From positions 45,895 through 109,894 of the forward strand of contig DOSG01000008.1 of the NCBI GenBank assembly GCA_003514055.1: a DNA stretch of 64,000 nucleotides. Reading direction: 5' to 3'. Positions 46,070 through 56,255 of the stretch are shown here, in pieces. The first letter of the stretch is position 1. Every line of letters begins with the position of its first letter. Position numbers and translations under genes: made by a program. Source of the stretch: Candidatus Yanofskybacteria bacterium. GTDB lineage: Bacteria > Patescibacteriota > Minisyncoccia > 2-02-FULL-40-12 > GWA2-44-9. Under the pieces are notes generated by a model. The model saw nothing but the letters and a program-made list of their open reading frames with translations. It was not told the origin of the DNA and searched no databases.

Positions 46070-47476
46070 CTATGCCGACAGAAGATAGCCGATAACGTCG
46101 GCTACTGTATAAGTATCATCTGGCCCACCCATCAGATGCTCCAAGAAGTTGACGTCATCTCCCAGAGTAGCAATTTCAGGCTCACCAGGGGTGCCTAGAT
46201 CGGCCGTGGCAAGCAAGCCTTGGCAAAGACAAGCCCTGCCTACCGTATCCTCAATCTTCCCGCCTTTGCGGACATACTGATCGACATCTTCAGACGCGCA
46301 AAGATAAATAATCTTTCCATCTTTTTCTACTGGCGTGGCCAAATAACGCAAGGCACAATATCTTGTTCGATTATCATAAACTGCAGAATCAGAAAGAGTT
46401 CCTGGTAATTCGACAACTTTAAATGGGAAGCCCGTTGGAGATACTCTAAAATCAGTTCTAATGCTAAAATTGGTGTCGACTCCAGTAGCTTTCAGGAATC
46501 CTCTTCTTCGAATCTCTCGCCTCAAGCTATCTTTCATACCTGATTGTTGGCTTAGGGCAAATATAGATCCAACTTGTATACCCTTTGCACCAGCCGATAT
46601 CGCCTCGGCTAATCCAGCCGGTGAAGCATATGACCCGCCAATCCAAAATGGTAATCCCAGCTCAACGATTTTCTCAAAATCCACTCTATCTTTTCCGCCA
46701 TACTCTTCGGAGTGCTTTTCTCGCGGCGGAGCATTATGCCCGCCAGCGGTAGGCGTTTCAATAACAAAGCCTTCGATACTCCCCGACGACCTAGTCAACA
46801 TTATCTTAGCCATAAGATTAGAAGAGATAATGGGCAAGAAGACTGGACGCTTTAATGTTCCCAGATCAGCGCCAAAATGCTTCCCGAAGTTGAATAATAT
46901 AGCCTTGTGCCCACCGATAGCATTTGTCACGCTAACCTTATAGATCGCATCCTCGCCGCGAGACAACGCGTCCATGACTCCAGGAATTTGAGTAGGAATC
47001 CCTGCACCCATGGTCACGCAATCAACTCCGGCTATCATAGCACCGGCGAGACTATAAACGTGAGGCATTTGTATTTTCTCAAGATAGTTAATGCTAATCG
47101 GATAATCGTGACCCTCTTTGGCAAGCCAGACAAAAGCGAAACTCGCACACACAAAGAGATTGATAGTTCTCCACGACGGCTTAAAGCTAAGTGGAATTAC
47201 GGTCTTATATTCTGCTCCCTCTGGGATACCACCTTCAACAAAGTAATAATCTACAATATCTTTAACTGCTTCTTGGAATGGAAAGTGGGCCAGAGCCCTT
47301 CGATAGTGCCCGCCAGGATCGCCTTTTTGCAGAATACGAGATAGAATCCTGTCAGCGGCGATACCAGATATAGTGCCAAGGGCCGAGCCCTTAGATACGA
47401 GTGAGACTTCTTTAGCAAGGAAAGGATGGGATATGTAAGCCCCCATGCCTCCTTGAATTATTCGCCAGTCTAGCAT
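46070..47476 (-). CDS. FMN-dependent nitronate monooxygenase / FabK-like TIM-barrel oxidoreductase family protein
   Basis: RIIQGGMGAY N-terminal motif and GGSYASPAGLAEAISAGAKGIQVGSIFA C-terminal motif. Confidence 0.65.
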   Translation of the reverse strand: MLDWRIIQGGMGAYISHPFLAKEVSLVSKGSALGTISGIAADRILSRILQKGDPGGHYRRALAHFPFQEAVKDIVDYYFVEGGIPEGAEYKTVIPLSFKPSWRTINLFVCASFAFVWLAKEGHDYPISINYLEKIQMPHVYSLAGAMIAGVDCVTMGAGIPTQIPGVMDALSRGEDAIYKVSVTNAIGGHKAILFNFGKHFGADLGTLKRPVFLPIISSNLMAKIMLTRSSGSIEGFVIETPTAGGHNAPPREKHSEEYGGKDRVDFEKIVELGLPFWIGGSYASPAGLAEAISAGAKGIQVGSIFALSQQSGMKDSLRREIRRRGFLKATGVDTNFSIRTDFRVSPTGFPFKVVELPGTLSDSAVYDNRTRYCALRYLATPVEKDGKIIYLCASEDVDQYVRKGGKIEDTVGRACLCQGLLATADLGTPGEPEIATLGDDVNFLEHLMGGPDDTYTVADVIGYLLSA

Positions 47477-47529
47477 TCTCGCCTCTTTTCAAAGACCACG
47501 TTAACTCTATTAAATCATTTGCTCGCAAT

Positions 47530-47560
47530 AAAACAACCCCGCCTAGGCGGGGTTGTTTTA
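47530..47560 (-). terminator. terminator downstream of tRNA-Gly
   Basis: AAAACAACCCCGCC-TAG-GGCGGGGTTGTTTT. Confidence 0.7.
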
Positions 47561-47593
47561 TTGGATTGAATGAGTTCATGTCATCACAATTTG

Positions 47594-47665
47594 AGCGGGT
47601 AAGGGGAATCGAACCCCTATTCACAGTTTGGAAAACTGTCGTAATAACCATTATACGATACCCGC
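47594..47665 (-). tRNA. tRNA-Gly (anticodon TCC)
   Basis: GCGGGTA/TACCCGC acceptor; anticodon stem ACAGT-ACTGT with loop TTTCCAA; T arm AGGGG-TTCGATT-CCCCT. Confidence 0.85.
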
Positions 47666-47935
47666 AATATCTTGCAGATTACTTAAATACGTCTACATAA
47701 GAGCTGCGTCTTGATAAAAGCATAGTATCAAAAATATAGTCTATTTTCAACCATTAGCGTCACTATGCATTTGTGAAGAAATACAAAAAAATATAGTTAC
47801 CCTATACTAAGAGCATTACGACCGTTCATCTGGCTACCGAAGACGAAGAAGAATAGATTGCCGGTCAATGATGAGCCTAGACTAGACGACATAGGTTTTC
47901 GTTAAAACATTAGATAACTATTGAAATAGTCCATT

Positions 47936-47965
47936 AGCAAAACCGCCCCAATGGGGCGGTTTTGC
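47936..47965 (-). terminator. terminator downstream of hup
   Basis: GCAAAACCGCCCC-AAT-GGGGCGGTTTTGC. Confidence 0.7.
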
Positions 47966-47996
47966 TAAAAAGTATTTTGGATCCAAAATACCTAGA

Positions 47997-48275
47997 TTAT
48001 AGAATAGCTTCTTTCAAAAGTTTACCCGGTGTAAATCTTGGCTTTTTGGAAGCTTTGATTTGGATTTTCTCTCCTGTTCTCGGGTTGACTCCTTCTCTAG
48101 CTTTTCTATCTGAAACCTTGAAGATACCGAAACCGGTTATGTTGACCTTATCGCCGGTTTTCAATACTTTCGTGATCTCATCTGTAAAAGCATCGATCCA
48201 CTCTAATGACTGCTTCTTAGAAACATTCATTTTCTCAGCTAAATTTTGAGCTAATTGACTCTTTTTGACTGGCAT
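47997..48275 (-). CDS. hup: DNA-binding protein HU
   Basis: GFGIFKVSDRKAREGVNPRTGEKIQI beta-arm motif. Confidence 0.85.
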   Translation of the reverse strand: MPVKKSQLAQNLAEKMNVSKKQSLEWIDAFTDEITKVLKTGDKVNITGFGIFKVSDRKAREGVNPRTGEKIQIKASKKPRFTPGKLLKEAIL

Positions 48276-48364
48276 ACGCACACCCCCTTTCTGTTTTAAT
48301 TATTGTACTTGTATAGTACTCAATCAAAATACTAGCATAAATACTAGATTTTTGGAACAACTGC

Positions 48365-49897
48365 CTATCTCGCGTATTCTACGGCTCTAGTTTCCCTTAT
48401 TACATTAACCCTGATTTCTCCAGGATATTTCATGTCTTCTTCAACTTTTTTAGCAACATCCTTAGCTAGCTTAATAGCTCCTAGGTCATCAATTTTCGTG
48501 GGCATTACGAATATCCTCAATTCCCTACCGGCCTGAACGGCATATGATTTCTCAACGCCCTCAAATGACGTAGCAATTTTTTCTAACTCTTCTAATCTCT
48601 TGAGATATATCTCAACAGTATCTTTTCTGGCCCCAGGTCTGGCGCCAGATATGGCATCAGCAGCTTGAACAATTCTAGACTCAATCGAAGAATATGGATA
48701 TTCCTCATGATGAGCCTCCATGCCTTCGATTACTTTCTTATCTATTCCGAATTTAGCCAAAATCTTTCTTCCAATTTCGACGTGAGTGCCCTGAACCTCG
48801 TGATCAACGGCCTTACCTATGTCATGGAACAATGCCGCCTTCCTGGCAACGCTTACGTCTGCGCCTAATTCTGAGGCTAGCATGGCCGCAATATGGGACA
48901 TCTCGATAGAGTGCAGCAATACGTTTTGACCGAAGCTAGTTCTAAAAGCTAATCTACCTAATAAGTATGTGAGCTTAGGGTCAATTGGGCCGACACCTAC
49001 CTCAAATAGAGCCGCTTCGCCAGCTTCTTTAATTTTGTCATTTATCTCGGCTTTGGCTTTGTCTACCATCTCTTCGATCTTAGCCGGATGTATCCTGCCG
49101 TCAGCAATCAACTTCTCGATGGCTAATCTAGCTACCTGTCTTCGGACCGGATCGAAACCTGAGACAACCAATGCCTCCGGCGTATCGTCAATAATAATAT
49201 CGACGCCAGTCAATCTTTCGATAGTCTTAATGTTTCTGCCTTCTTTGCCTATGATCTTACCCTTGACTTCATCGGAAGGCAGGTTAACTACCGTAGTCGT
49301 AGCATCGGCGATCTGAGATGAGGCATATCTCTGGATAGTCATAATCATTAATTCCCTAGCTCTCTTGTCTACCTCTTCTTTACCCTCAAGCTCAAGCTTT
49401 CTTATCTTAGTATAAAGCTCATCCTTATACTCCTGCTCAATCTTTGCGATTAATTCGATTTTAGCCGCATCACGTGTAAGATCGGTTATCCTTTCCAATT
49501 CTTTCATCTGTCTCTCTTTCCCCTGCTCAAGGTCGGCCTTGATTAGAGTAAGTTCAGCGGCCCTAGATTTAAGGAAATCTCTCTCAGCCAGAAGCTCCTT
49601 GCTTTTTTGGTCCAGTTCGTCTTCCTTTTTAGTAAGAAGATTTTCGATTCTAGTCAGCTGAGCATTCCTGTCTTTCTCCTCTTTTTTGGCATCTTCCAAA
49701 AGCTTAATAGCCTTGTTTTTAGCTTCAAGGAGGATATCTTGAGATTTAGATTTTGCCTCGTTCAGGACTGTGTGGGCCCTAGATTCGGCCGAGCTAATCC
49801 TAGCACTAGCTAAGATCTGACGAAGAACGTAACCAACGATAGTACCTAAGACTAAAGCCAAAAATGCCGCTAAAAGCGGATTCATTCCTAATATCAT
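48365..49897 (-). CDS. rny: ribonuclease Y
   Basis: N-terminal TM plus coiled coil, KH domain (GKIIGKEGRNIK), HD domain (ALFHDIGKAVDHE). Confidence 0.9.
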   Translation of the reverse strand: MILGMNPLLAAFLALVLGTIVGYVLRQILASARISSAESRAHTVLNEAKSKSQDILLEAKNKAIKLLEDAKKEEKDRNAQLTRIENLLTKKEDELDQKSKELLAERDFLKSRAAELTLIKADLEQGKERQMKELERITDLTRDAAKIELIAKIEQEYKDELYTKIRKLELEGKEEVDKRARELMIMTIQRYASSQIADATTTVVNLPSDEVKGKIIGKEGRNIKTIERLTGVDIIIDDTPEALVVSGFDPVRRQVARLAIEKLIADGRIHPAKIEEMVDKAKAEINDKIKEAGEAALFEVGVGPIDPKLTYLLGRLAFRTSFGQNVLLHSIEMSHIAAMLASELGADVSVARKAALFHDIGKAVDHEVQGTHVEIGRKILAKFGIDKKVIEGMEAHHEEYPYSSIESRIVQAADAISGARPGARKDTVEIYLKRLEELEKIATSFEGVEKSYAVQAGRELRIFVMPTKIDDLGAIKLAKDVAKKVEEDMKYPGEIRVNVIRETRAVEYAR

Positions 49898-50093
49898 GCG
49901 ATTGTGAAGTTATGTCTGTGGTCATAATCATCTTTAGATGACGTAAACTTACAGATTCCAAAACTCAAATGTTAAGTAATTACCATATTATTATATCACC
50001 CAAGGCCCAAATTAGCAACAATAGCCCTAAGGTGGCGGCCCAATTACGCTCATCAGAAATGCATTTCATTGATAGTCTGATATAATTAATCTC

Positions 50094-51644
50094 ATGAGAC
50101 CCGTCGTACTGTGCATACTCGATGGCTGGGGATTTTCCAAGCAAAAGCTCGGCAACGCTATTTCGACCGCCGAAACTCCAAACATCGACTTCATAAAAAA
50201 TAACTACCCATCCCTTTTGCTTCAGGCTTCCGGCGTTGCCGTCGGCTTATCTTGGGGTGAATCGGGCAATAGCGAAGTTGGCCACCTGACTATTGGTGCA
50301 GGCAGGATAATCTTTCAATATCTCAGTCGGATAAATAAGGCTATAGAAAATGGCAGTTTTTTTACTAACCCCGAGCTGATGCAAGCCATTGATCATGCGA
50401 AAAACAACCACTCCTCTCTGCACTTGGCTGGGCTATTAACCTCCAATTCGGTGCATGCCTATACCGATCACATTCTAGCTCTCATTGATTTAGCAAAACG
50501 AAACGGCATAAATAATGTTTATCTCCACCTTTACACGGATGGCAAAGACTCTGGCTTAAAAGAAGCTCCATCTATATATAAGAAGATCGATGAGTTTATG
50601 AAAACTTCTGGTGTTGGGAAATTAGCTTCTATGATAGGCAGAGATATAGCTATGGATCGAAATGAGAACTGGGATCTCACTGATCAAACGTATCAACTCA
50701 TGGTTAAGGGCGAGGCCGAATCGGCTACAGACCCATATGAGGCATTGAATAGTCGTTACGAAAAAGGACTAACCGACATAAATATGCCTCCTATGTTATT
50801 CGATGCGGATGGCACGATCAGGGACGGAGATGCTCTAATTTTCTTCAATTTTAGAGAAGATCGCATGAAGCAAATAGCCCAAGCCTTCACTCAAGAGAAG
50901 TTTGATAAATTTGAGACGATTGAGATGCCAAATCTCCTGACTATATGTATGACTCAGTACTTCGAAAATTCTAACCTCCATGTTGCCTTTCCGGCGACAC
51001 AAATTAACAACTGCTTATCCGAAGTAATCAGTACAAATGGACTTAGGCAATTGCACATCGCTGAGACGGAAAAGTACGCTCATGTGACTTTCTTTTTTAA
51101 TGCTCTCAGGCGACAGCCATTTGATGGCGAAACTGATACTTTGATCAAGTCAGACAGAGTGGCCACAGAAGATTCGGCCATGAAGGCTAACGAAATATGT
51201 GAAGCAGTTATTAAAGATCTAGAGAATGATATAAATTCATTCATACTGGTCAATTTTGCTAACGCCGATATGCTGTCTCACATGGGTGAATTCAATCAAG
51301 TTGTTGAGGGCGTAGAAACGCTAGATAGACTACTAGGAAAGCTAAGAGAAGTCGTCTTGGCTAAAAATGGATATTTAATTATCGCATCAGACCATGGCAA
51401 TGCCGAATCATTAACATACAAAGGCACTGGGGATTCCGAAACAAAGCACAACCCGAATCCAATCCCGCTATATTTGATAGCCAGGGAGTACGAGAGAGCT
51501 CGAACCCCAGAGGAAATCATTCGATCAGAGTCTAGTCCAGGTGGCTTTCTTTCGGACATAGCTCCGACCGTGATAGATCTTTTAGGCATTCAAAAGCCGG
51601 TCGAGATGACCGGCGATAGCCTACTAGAAACACTGCTCAATTAA
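50094..51644 (+). CDS. gpmI: 2,3-bisphosphoglycerate-independent phosphoglycerate mutase
   Basis: PVVLCILDGWG N-terminus and a DHGN metal-binding block. Confidence 0.9.
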   Translation: MRPVVLCILDGWGFSKQKLGNAISTAETPNIDFIKNNYPSLLLQASGVAVGLSWGESGNSEVGHLTIGAGRIIFQYLSRINKAIENGSFFTNPELMQAIDHAKNNHSSLHLAGLLTSNSVHAYTDHILALIDLAKRNGINNVYLHLYTDGKDSGLKEAPSIYKKIDEFMKTSGVGKLASMIGRDIAMDRNENWDLTDQTYQLMVKGEAESATDPYEALNSRYEKGLTDINMPPMLFDADGTIRDGDALIFFNFREDRMKQIAQAFTQEKFDKFETIEMPNLLTICMTQYFENSNLHVAFPATQINNCLSEVISTNGLRQLHIAETEKYAHVTFFFNALRRQPFDGETDTLIKSDRVATEDSAMKANEICEAVIKDLENDINSFILVNFANADMLSHMGEFNQVVEGVETLDRLLGKLREVVLAKNGYLIIASDHGNAESLTYKGTGDSETKHNPNPIPLYLIAREYERARTPEEIIRSESSPGGFLSDIAPTVIDLLGIQKPVEMTGDSLLETLLN

Positions 51645-52027
51645 TCTATGCCAGGTGCGTCCTCTTCAACTCTCCTCTCAAGCAAAGATTTCAATTCTAT
51701 CTCCCTTAGCTCATCAATCAGCATCGTTCGCAAATCGCTAATCTTATGGCTATTAGCTATCACCCCTTCCCTAAATAGATCGGCAAAGCAGTTTAGGGCA
51801 ACGGTGTGATCGATAGTCTCTTTTCTATCTAATGGATTCTCGGCTCGATGCAGAAGCGGCCATAGATTATTGACCGGCTCCAAGGAAACAAGGCGACCCT
51901 CTTCGATTAATATCCTAACGGCCCTCAGAAGATTAAGGAGACGAGATCTCCTCATCTTGATCTTTTGCTCATACGCCAAGAAAAAGGCAATCTCTTCGCG
52001 AGCCTTTTTACTTAGGTTGCTCTGCAT
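51641..52027 (-). CDS. hypothetical protein (128 aa)
   Basis: ORF track; convergent 4-nt overlap with gpmI. Confidence 0.4.
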   Translation of the reverse strand: MQSNLSKKAREEIAFFLAYEQKIKMRRSRLLNLLRAVRILIEEGRLVSLEPVNNLWPLLHRAENPLDRKETIDHTVALNCFADLFREGVIANSHKISDLRTMLIDELREIELKSLLERRVEEDAPGID

Positions 52028-52076
52028 GTCCGAGACCCCTTCCGACTAACCACTCAAAGAACGTAAATTTAAAATA

Positions 52077-53171
52077 TCACTTTATTACTCCTCCGCCAAG
52101 AAGAAGTTGTCCCCTGTAAAAAACTGCCGACTGGCCCGAAGTTATAGCTCTAACTGGTTTATCGAATTCTAAATTACCATCATCAGATAAAATGGCTTTT
52201 TCCGATTTAGTTCTGTATCTTATTTTAACGTCAATTCGTGCTGGTAATTTAATTGGACCATTGACCCAGCTGAGATTGCTCACGACCGTCTTCGTTGACT
52301 TGAGATCTTTCTCGCTTCCAACGTAAATAATATTTTTCTCTACGTCTTTTCCGATTACATAAAATGGACCATCTCCAGATTTAATATCTAACCCATGACG
52401 CTGGCCGATAGTATAGTAGAAAACACCATCGTGAGTTCCAATGGCTTGGCCATCTTTTATTATCTCGCCTTTTTTCGATTTTATTCTTTTCAGCAAGAAA
52501 TCTTTCACGTTTAATGGTCCGATGAAACAGACTCCTTGGCTATCCTTCTTCCCCGCATTCGGCAATTTAAATTTTTTGGCTAGTTTCCTTATTTCTGGCT
52601 TAGTATATCCTCCCACCGGGAATAAGCACCTTTCTATCTCTTTTTCTTTCAGAGTCCATAAAAAATAAGACTGGTCCTTGTTCTTATCTTTGCCCTGATA
52701 AAGATAAGAACCGCAAGAAACAAAGGGCGCCTTTTTGGCCCCAAAGGCGCCCTTTGTGATTTTTCTTACATAGTGTCCGGTAGCGATGAAATCCGCGCCC
52801 TCACTCAATGCTCTTTTCAAGAATAAGCCGAATTTAATCTCCTTGTTGCACATTACGTCAGGATTCGGAGTCCGACCAAGCTTATATTCTCTGATCATGT
52901 AATCGGCAACTTGTTTTTTATATTCCTTAGTAAAATCCCAGGTCTTAAATGGTATATTCAGACTAGCCGCGGCCTTCGCGGCTTCTTCGCGTTCTTCTTT
53001 CCATATACAAAAATCACCGACATCGGGTTGCCATTGTTTCATAAAAACTCCGACCACTTTATGGCCTTCTTGCTTGAGCAGTGCCGCAGCCACAGAACTA
53101 TCCACTCCACCGCTCATGGCCACATAAACCAGCTTTTTGTTGTTCTCTGCTAATCTTGACATAATAGTCAA
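52077..53171 (-). CDS. mnmA: tRNA 2-thiouridine(34) synthase MnmA
   Basis: PP-loop VAMSGGVDSSV; KDQSYFL motif. Confidence 0.9.
   Translation of the reverse strand: MTIMSRLAENNKKLVYVAMSGGVDSSVAAALLKQEGHKVVGVFMKQWQPDVGDFCIWKEEREEAAKAAASLNIPFKTWDFTKEYKKQVADYMIREYKLGRTPNPDVMCNKEIKFGLFLKRALSEGADFIATGHYVRKITKGAFGAKKAPFVSCGSYLYQGKDKNKDQSYFLWTLKEKEIERCLFPVGGYTKPEIRKLAKKFKLPNAGKKDSQGVCFIGPLNVKDFLLKRIKSKKGEIIKDGQAIGTHDGVFYYTIGQRHGLDIKSGDGPFYVIGKDVEKNIIYVGSEKDLKSTKTVVSNLSWVNGPIKLPARIDVKIRYRTKSEKAILSDDGNLEFDKPVRAITSGQSAVFYRGQLLLGGGVIK
52719..52757. repeat. GC-rich palindromic mini-element, in frame inside mnmA
   Basis: AACAAAGGGCGCC-TTTTTGGCCCCAAA-GGCGCCCTTTGT, translated as ITKGAFGAKKAPFV. Confidence 0.6.
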
Positions 53172-53185
53172 ATAATTATATTATC

Positions 53186-53545
53186 TTGGCAGCCGTTTTA
53201 CAAGAGGGGTGGGTCATCATGAACTTGCTCGTGGTGGTATTGCTATGCGTCCTTGTTTCATCTTTCTACCTAAATATGGGGTTCGGCATCAGGAAATTTG
53301 GAAGTTTAGTATTTAGAAATTGGCCTTCCGGAGCTTTTTTTGAAGAAGACATGAGATATGCGTGGGCGCTAATGTGGCCCTTCGCCATATTATTCATCGC
53401 CATCATTGCCATAATATACGCATTAGTGTGGATTTTCGCAAAATTGTTTGAAGCCATGCGCTCCATTGCTCTCTTCAGACACGTAATTAATTTCTTTGGA
53501 AGGGCAATAGGATATCTATTCCTCGGTAAAATGTGGAAAAAATAA
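53186..53545 (+). CDS. small membrane protein
   Basis: Three TM helices; followed by the terminator 53549-53576 (GACTCGC-ATAT-GCGAGTC-TTTT). Confidence 0.45.
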   Translation: MAAVLQEGWVIMNLLVVVLLCVLVSSFYLNMGFGIRKFGSLVFRNWPSGAFFEEDMRYAWALMWPFAILFIAIIAIIYALVWIFAKLFEAMRSIALFRHVINFFGRAIGYLFLGKMWKK

Positions 53546-53587
53546 TACGGACTCGCATATGCGAGTCTTTTGTTTTATACTTTCGAG

Positions 53588-53806
53588 ATGAGAATAAACG
53601 TAAAAGCTAAACCGGCCAGTCGCGAAGAAAAGGTTGAGAAAATTGATGAAACCAATTTTATTGTTTCAGTAAAAGAGCCGCCCATTCAGGGCCGAGCCAA
53701 TAAGGCCATAATCGAAACATTGGCGAAATATTTTGATATTTCAGCAATACGTATAAGAATCGTCTTCGGTGCCACCTCTCGCAACAAAATCATTGAGATT
53801 ACTTGA
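53588..53806 (+). CDS. DUF167/YggU family protein (start at MRINVK)
   Basis: VKAKPASREEKV ... GRANKAIIETLAKYF ... IVFGATSRNKII pattern. Confidence 0.55.
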   Translation: MRINVKAKPASREEKVEKIDETNFIVSVKEPPIQGRANKAIIETLAKYFDISAIRIRIVFGATSRNKIIEIT

Positions 53807-54209
53807 TCGGCGTACTATTGAAAACATATTTATCAAAAAATTTCTTTGTTGCCGGCCATAGCCTCATCCTACTCATTTCCTCCTGACTAAAAAATCCAGC
53901 ATCGACAATCTCGCTCTCTTGTATAATAAAAGGCTGGTCATTGTAATCACAAGTCCAGTAGTGTATAAATCTATCCTTCACATCGCCGAAGCCAGACGCG
54001 ACTTCCTTCAAAGGAAACACCTCTATTCCCAACTCTTCTTTTATTTCCCTCTTTAGTGCGGTCGCCTCATCTTCGCCTTCTTCAAGGTGACCTCCGGGTG
54101 GGTAGTAGCAGTCTTTAAAATCCTCGTAAAAGTCAGATCTAACGAGTAGAAATTTTTCGATACCGTCTTCTTTTTTTGATATTAATCCTACTACTGCATG
54201 CTTAATCAT
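53799..54209 (-). CDS. NUDIX hydrolase
   Basis: NUDIX box GGHLEEGEDEATALKREIKEELGIEV. Confidence 0.8.
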   Translation of the reverse strand: MIKHAVVGLISKKEDGIEKFLLVRSDFYEDFKDCYYPPGGHLEEGEDEATALKREIKEELGIEVFPLKEVASGFGDVKDRFIHYWTCDYNDQPFIIQESEIVDAGFFSQEEMSRMRLWPATKKFFDKYVFNSTPIK

Positions 54210-54302
54210 GTTTTTATAAGAGTTGCATTAAGACTTTCATGTACACATTGTAGCGATAAACTTCAATAAAATAAATATATAGGAGGGAGGCCTTGCGCTC
54301 AA

Positions 54303-54959
54303 CTAAAGCACGTATTTCAACATCAGCCAAAAATGGCAAAAACTACCCGCCAAAACAAAGATATGAAATATTTCATGCATTCCAAACCAACGTTTTCGAG
54401 GTATGTATCTTTCTAGACCAAAAAATATCGTGCCGACAGTGTAAAATAGCCCACCAGTAAAAAGCCACACCAATCCCCCATCTGGCAAAGATTTAGAAAG
54501 CGGAGAGATGGCCACGACTGCAACCCAGCCCATTAATATATACAACACCGTAGAAAGCCACGACTTGATCTTTAACTCTAAGAATTTTATTAATATTCCA
54601 GCGATAGCTAGACTCCAAACTATGCCAAATATGCTCCAGCCCCAACCACCCCTCAACACGATAAGGCAAATAGGCGTATAAGTGCCAGCTATAAGTACGT
54701 AGATTAAAGCGTGATCGAATTTTTGAAAAAGTTTTTTTCTGTTATTCTCCGAAGAGATGAAATGATAAAGTGCACTTGCGCCATATAATAGAACTAAGCT
54801 TATACCATAGATTGAGAAGCCGACGACCTTCCAAGCATTACCCTTAATAGCAGCCAAAACTACGAGCAGAATGAGTCCGACCAAGGACAAAATAGTCCCC
54901 AGAAAATGGGACAAACTGCTAAAAGGCTCGTTTTGCTTTAGTTTTTTGAGCTCGTCCAT
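54303..54959 (-). CDS. hemolysin III / PAQR family channel protein
   Basis: Seven TM helices with a C-terminal HEIFHIF motif. Confidence 0.7.
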   Translation of the reverse strand: MDELKKLKQNEPFSSLSHFLGTILSLVGLILLVVLAAIKGNAWKVVGFSIYGISLVLLYGASALYHFISSENNRKKLFQKFDHALIYVLIAGTYTPICLIVLRGGWGWSIFGIVWSLAIAGILIKFLELKIKSWLSTVLYILMGWVAVVAISPLSKSLPDGGLVWLFTGGLFYTVGTIFFGLERYIPRKRWFGMHEIFHIFVLAGSFCHFWLMLKYVL

Positions 54960-54971
54960 AGATACTCAGTA

Positions 54972-56255
54972 CTAATCGTATTTCTGTAAAAAACGAATCT
55001 TGGCTAGGTAGCCCTTTGTTTCTGGGAGTAACTTGCCAAGCCAATCACTGAAACCGCCGGCTATGGCGGCCTTCAACGAGCTATTAACTCGCGCCGGTGA
55101 GCCGTTGTATCCAGCTGCTAGATATTCTTCGAGTTTAGGGTCGTCAACTATTCTACTTCCATGGACTTTCATTAGGCCTGCTAAATTATAATCATACAAA
55201 AGCACAGCTGCCATCATAGAATTCAGATGGTTAGCCGCGCCTTTTTCAAAGTCACTAATTAGTCCGGCTTTGGAATATATTTTTGCTAGCTCTTTATAAG
55301 TTCTCGGCGTAAATTGCACCCAGCCACACGCCGCCGCATAATTACAATTATCAGCGTAAGCCCCAGCTCCATTAGCTCCTATTATAATCTTAACTCTTTC
55401 GGAAGTTTTAGTTGGATCAAGAGTAAATTCTCCTAAATCGCTGTGCTCAGTTATGGGAATTTTGATAAAGTAATCTTTTCTTAAAACCGATACATCGGAT
55501 ACCAAAATCTTGGGATAAGCCCTAGATAATACGCCCTTAGATTTTAACGTAGCATAGGCCTGATCAACCATATCTCTGACGTATTGGTTACCCAAGGCTA
55601 TCATCTCTTGAGTGTGGTAATCCTCACTATACGGAGCATAAGTTACATATTTTATGTTAACCTTATTCTCATATACGAAACTTTTTTTACCATTTTTCAA
55701 AGTCACCGGCTTCTTTATCTTCACATTCTCGGGCTCGGGCCATTTATTGAATAAGACCATGGCATTTGCCGGCTGAGTTACCTTATACTGAGTTGCCCAA
55801 TAATTCCAGCGTATGCCATTGGACCTCTCTACAACCTCTATCTGATAACCAAGTGGAGCAATTAAATCTCCTCCTCTTTTAATTATTTTCACAACCTCCA
55901 ATGCGCCAGAGATTTTATCCATGACTACCAAGGCGATTTCTCTTTCCGGATCTTTTAATGATTTATCAGATATTTTAATCTGACCACCATTGATTGAAAT
56001 TCTTTTCTCTGTGTAGGGAATATCTTTCGTGCCCACCTTGAGCTCAATATCTTTTAGCAACAAACGCGCCTCTGAAATTTTACTAGAAAAATTCCACGTA
56101 GAGGGAGTTGGCGACTGCTCGACGATCATGGTCGGCCCAATCTCTATATTGTTCTTCTTCAACGTTATCTTGGCTGAAACGTAAGTCCAAGTCAAAAACA
56201 GTGATACGACTATTACAATACCAAGTGCCCATTGGACTTTTTTCGTATTTATCAT
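54972..56255 (-). CDS. membrane-anchored lytic transglycosylase (SLT domain)
   Basis: GLMKV and AAGYNGSPARV motifs (GLMQ / AYNAG equivalents). Confidence 0.6.
   Translation of the reverse strand: MINTKKVQWALGIVIVVSLFLTWTYVSAKITLKKNNIEIGPTMIVEQSPTPSTWNFSSKISEARLLLKDIELKVGTKDIPYTEKRISINGGQIKISDKSLKDPEREIALVVMDKISGALEVVKIIKRGGDLIAPLGYQIEVVERSNGIRWNYWATQYKVTQPANAMVLFNKWPEPENVKIKKPVTLKNGKKSFVYENKVNIKYVTYAPYSEDYHTQEMIALGNQYVRDMVDQAYATLKSKGVLSRAYPKILVSDVSVLRKDYFIKIPITEHSDLGEFTLDPTKTSERVKIIIGANGAGAYADNCNYAAACGWVQFTPRTYKELAKIYSKAGLISDFEKGAANHLNSMMAAVLLYDYNLAGLMKVHGSRIVDDPKLEEYLAAGYNGSPARVNSSLKAAIAGGFSDWLGKLLPETKGYLAKIRFLQKYD

Noticed and set aside
46220-47344. Plus-strand ORFs inside the NMO-like gene (46220, 46461, 46907)
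   Set aside because: Antisense to a CDS with clear family motifs
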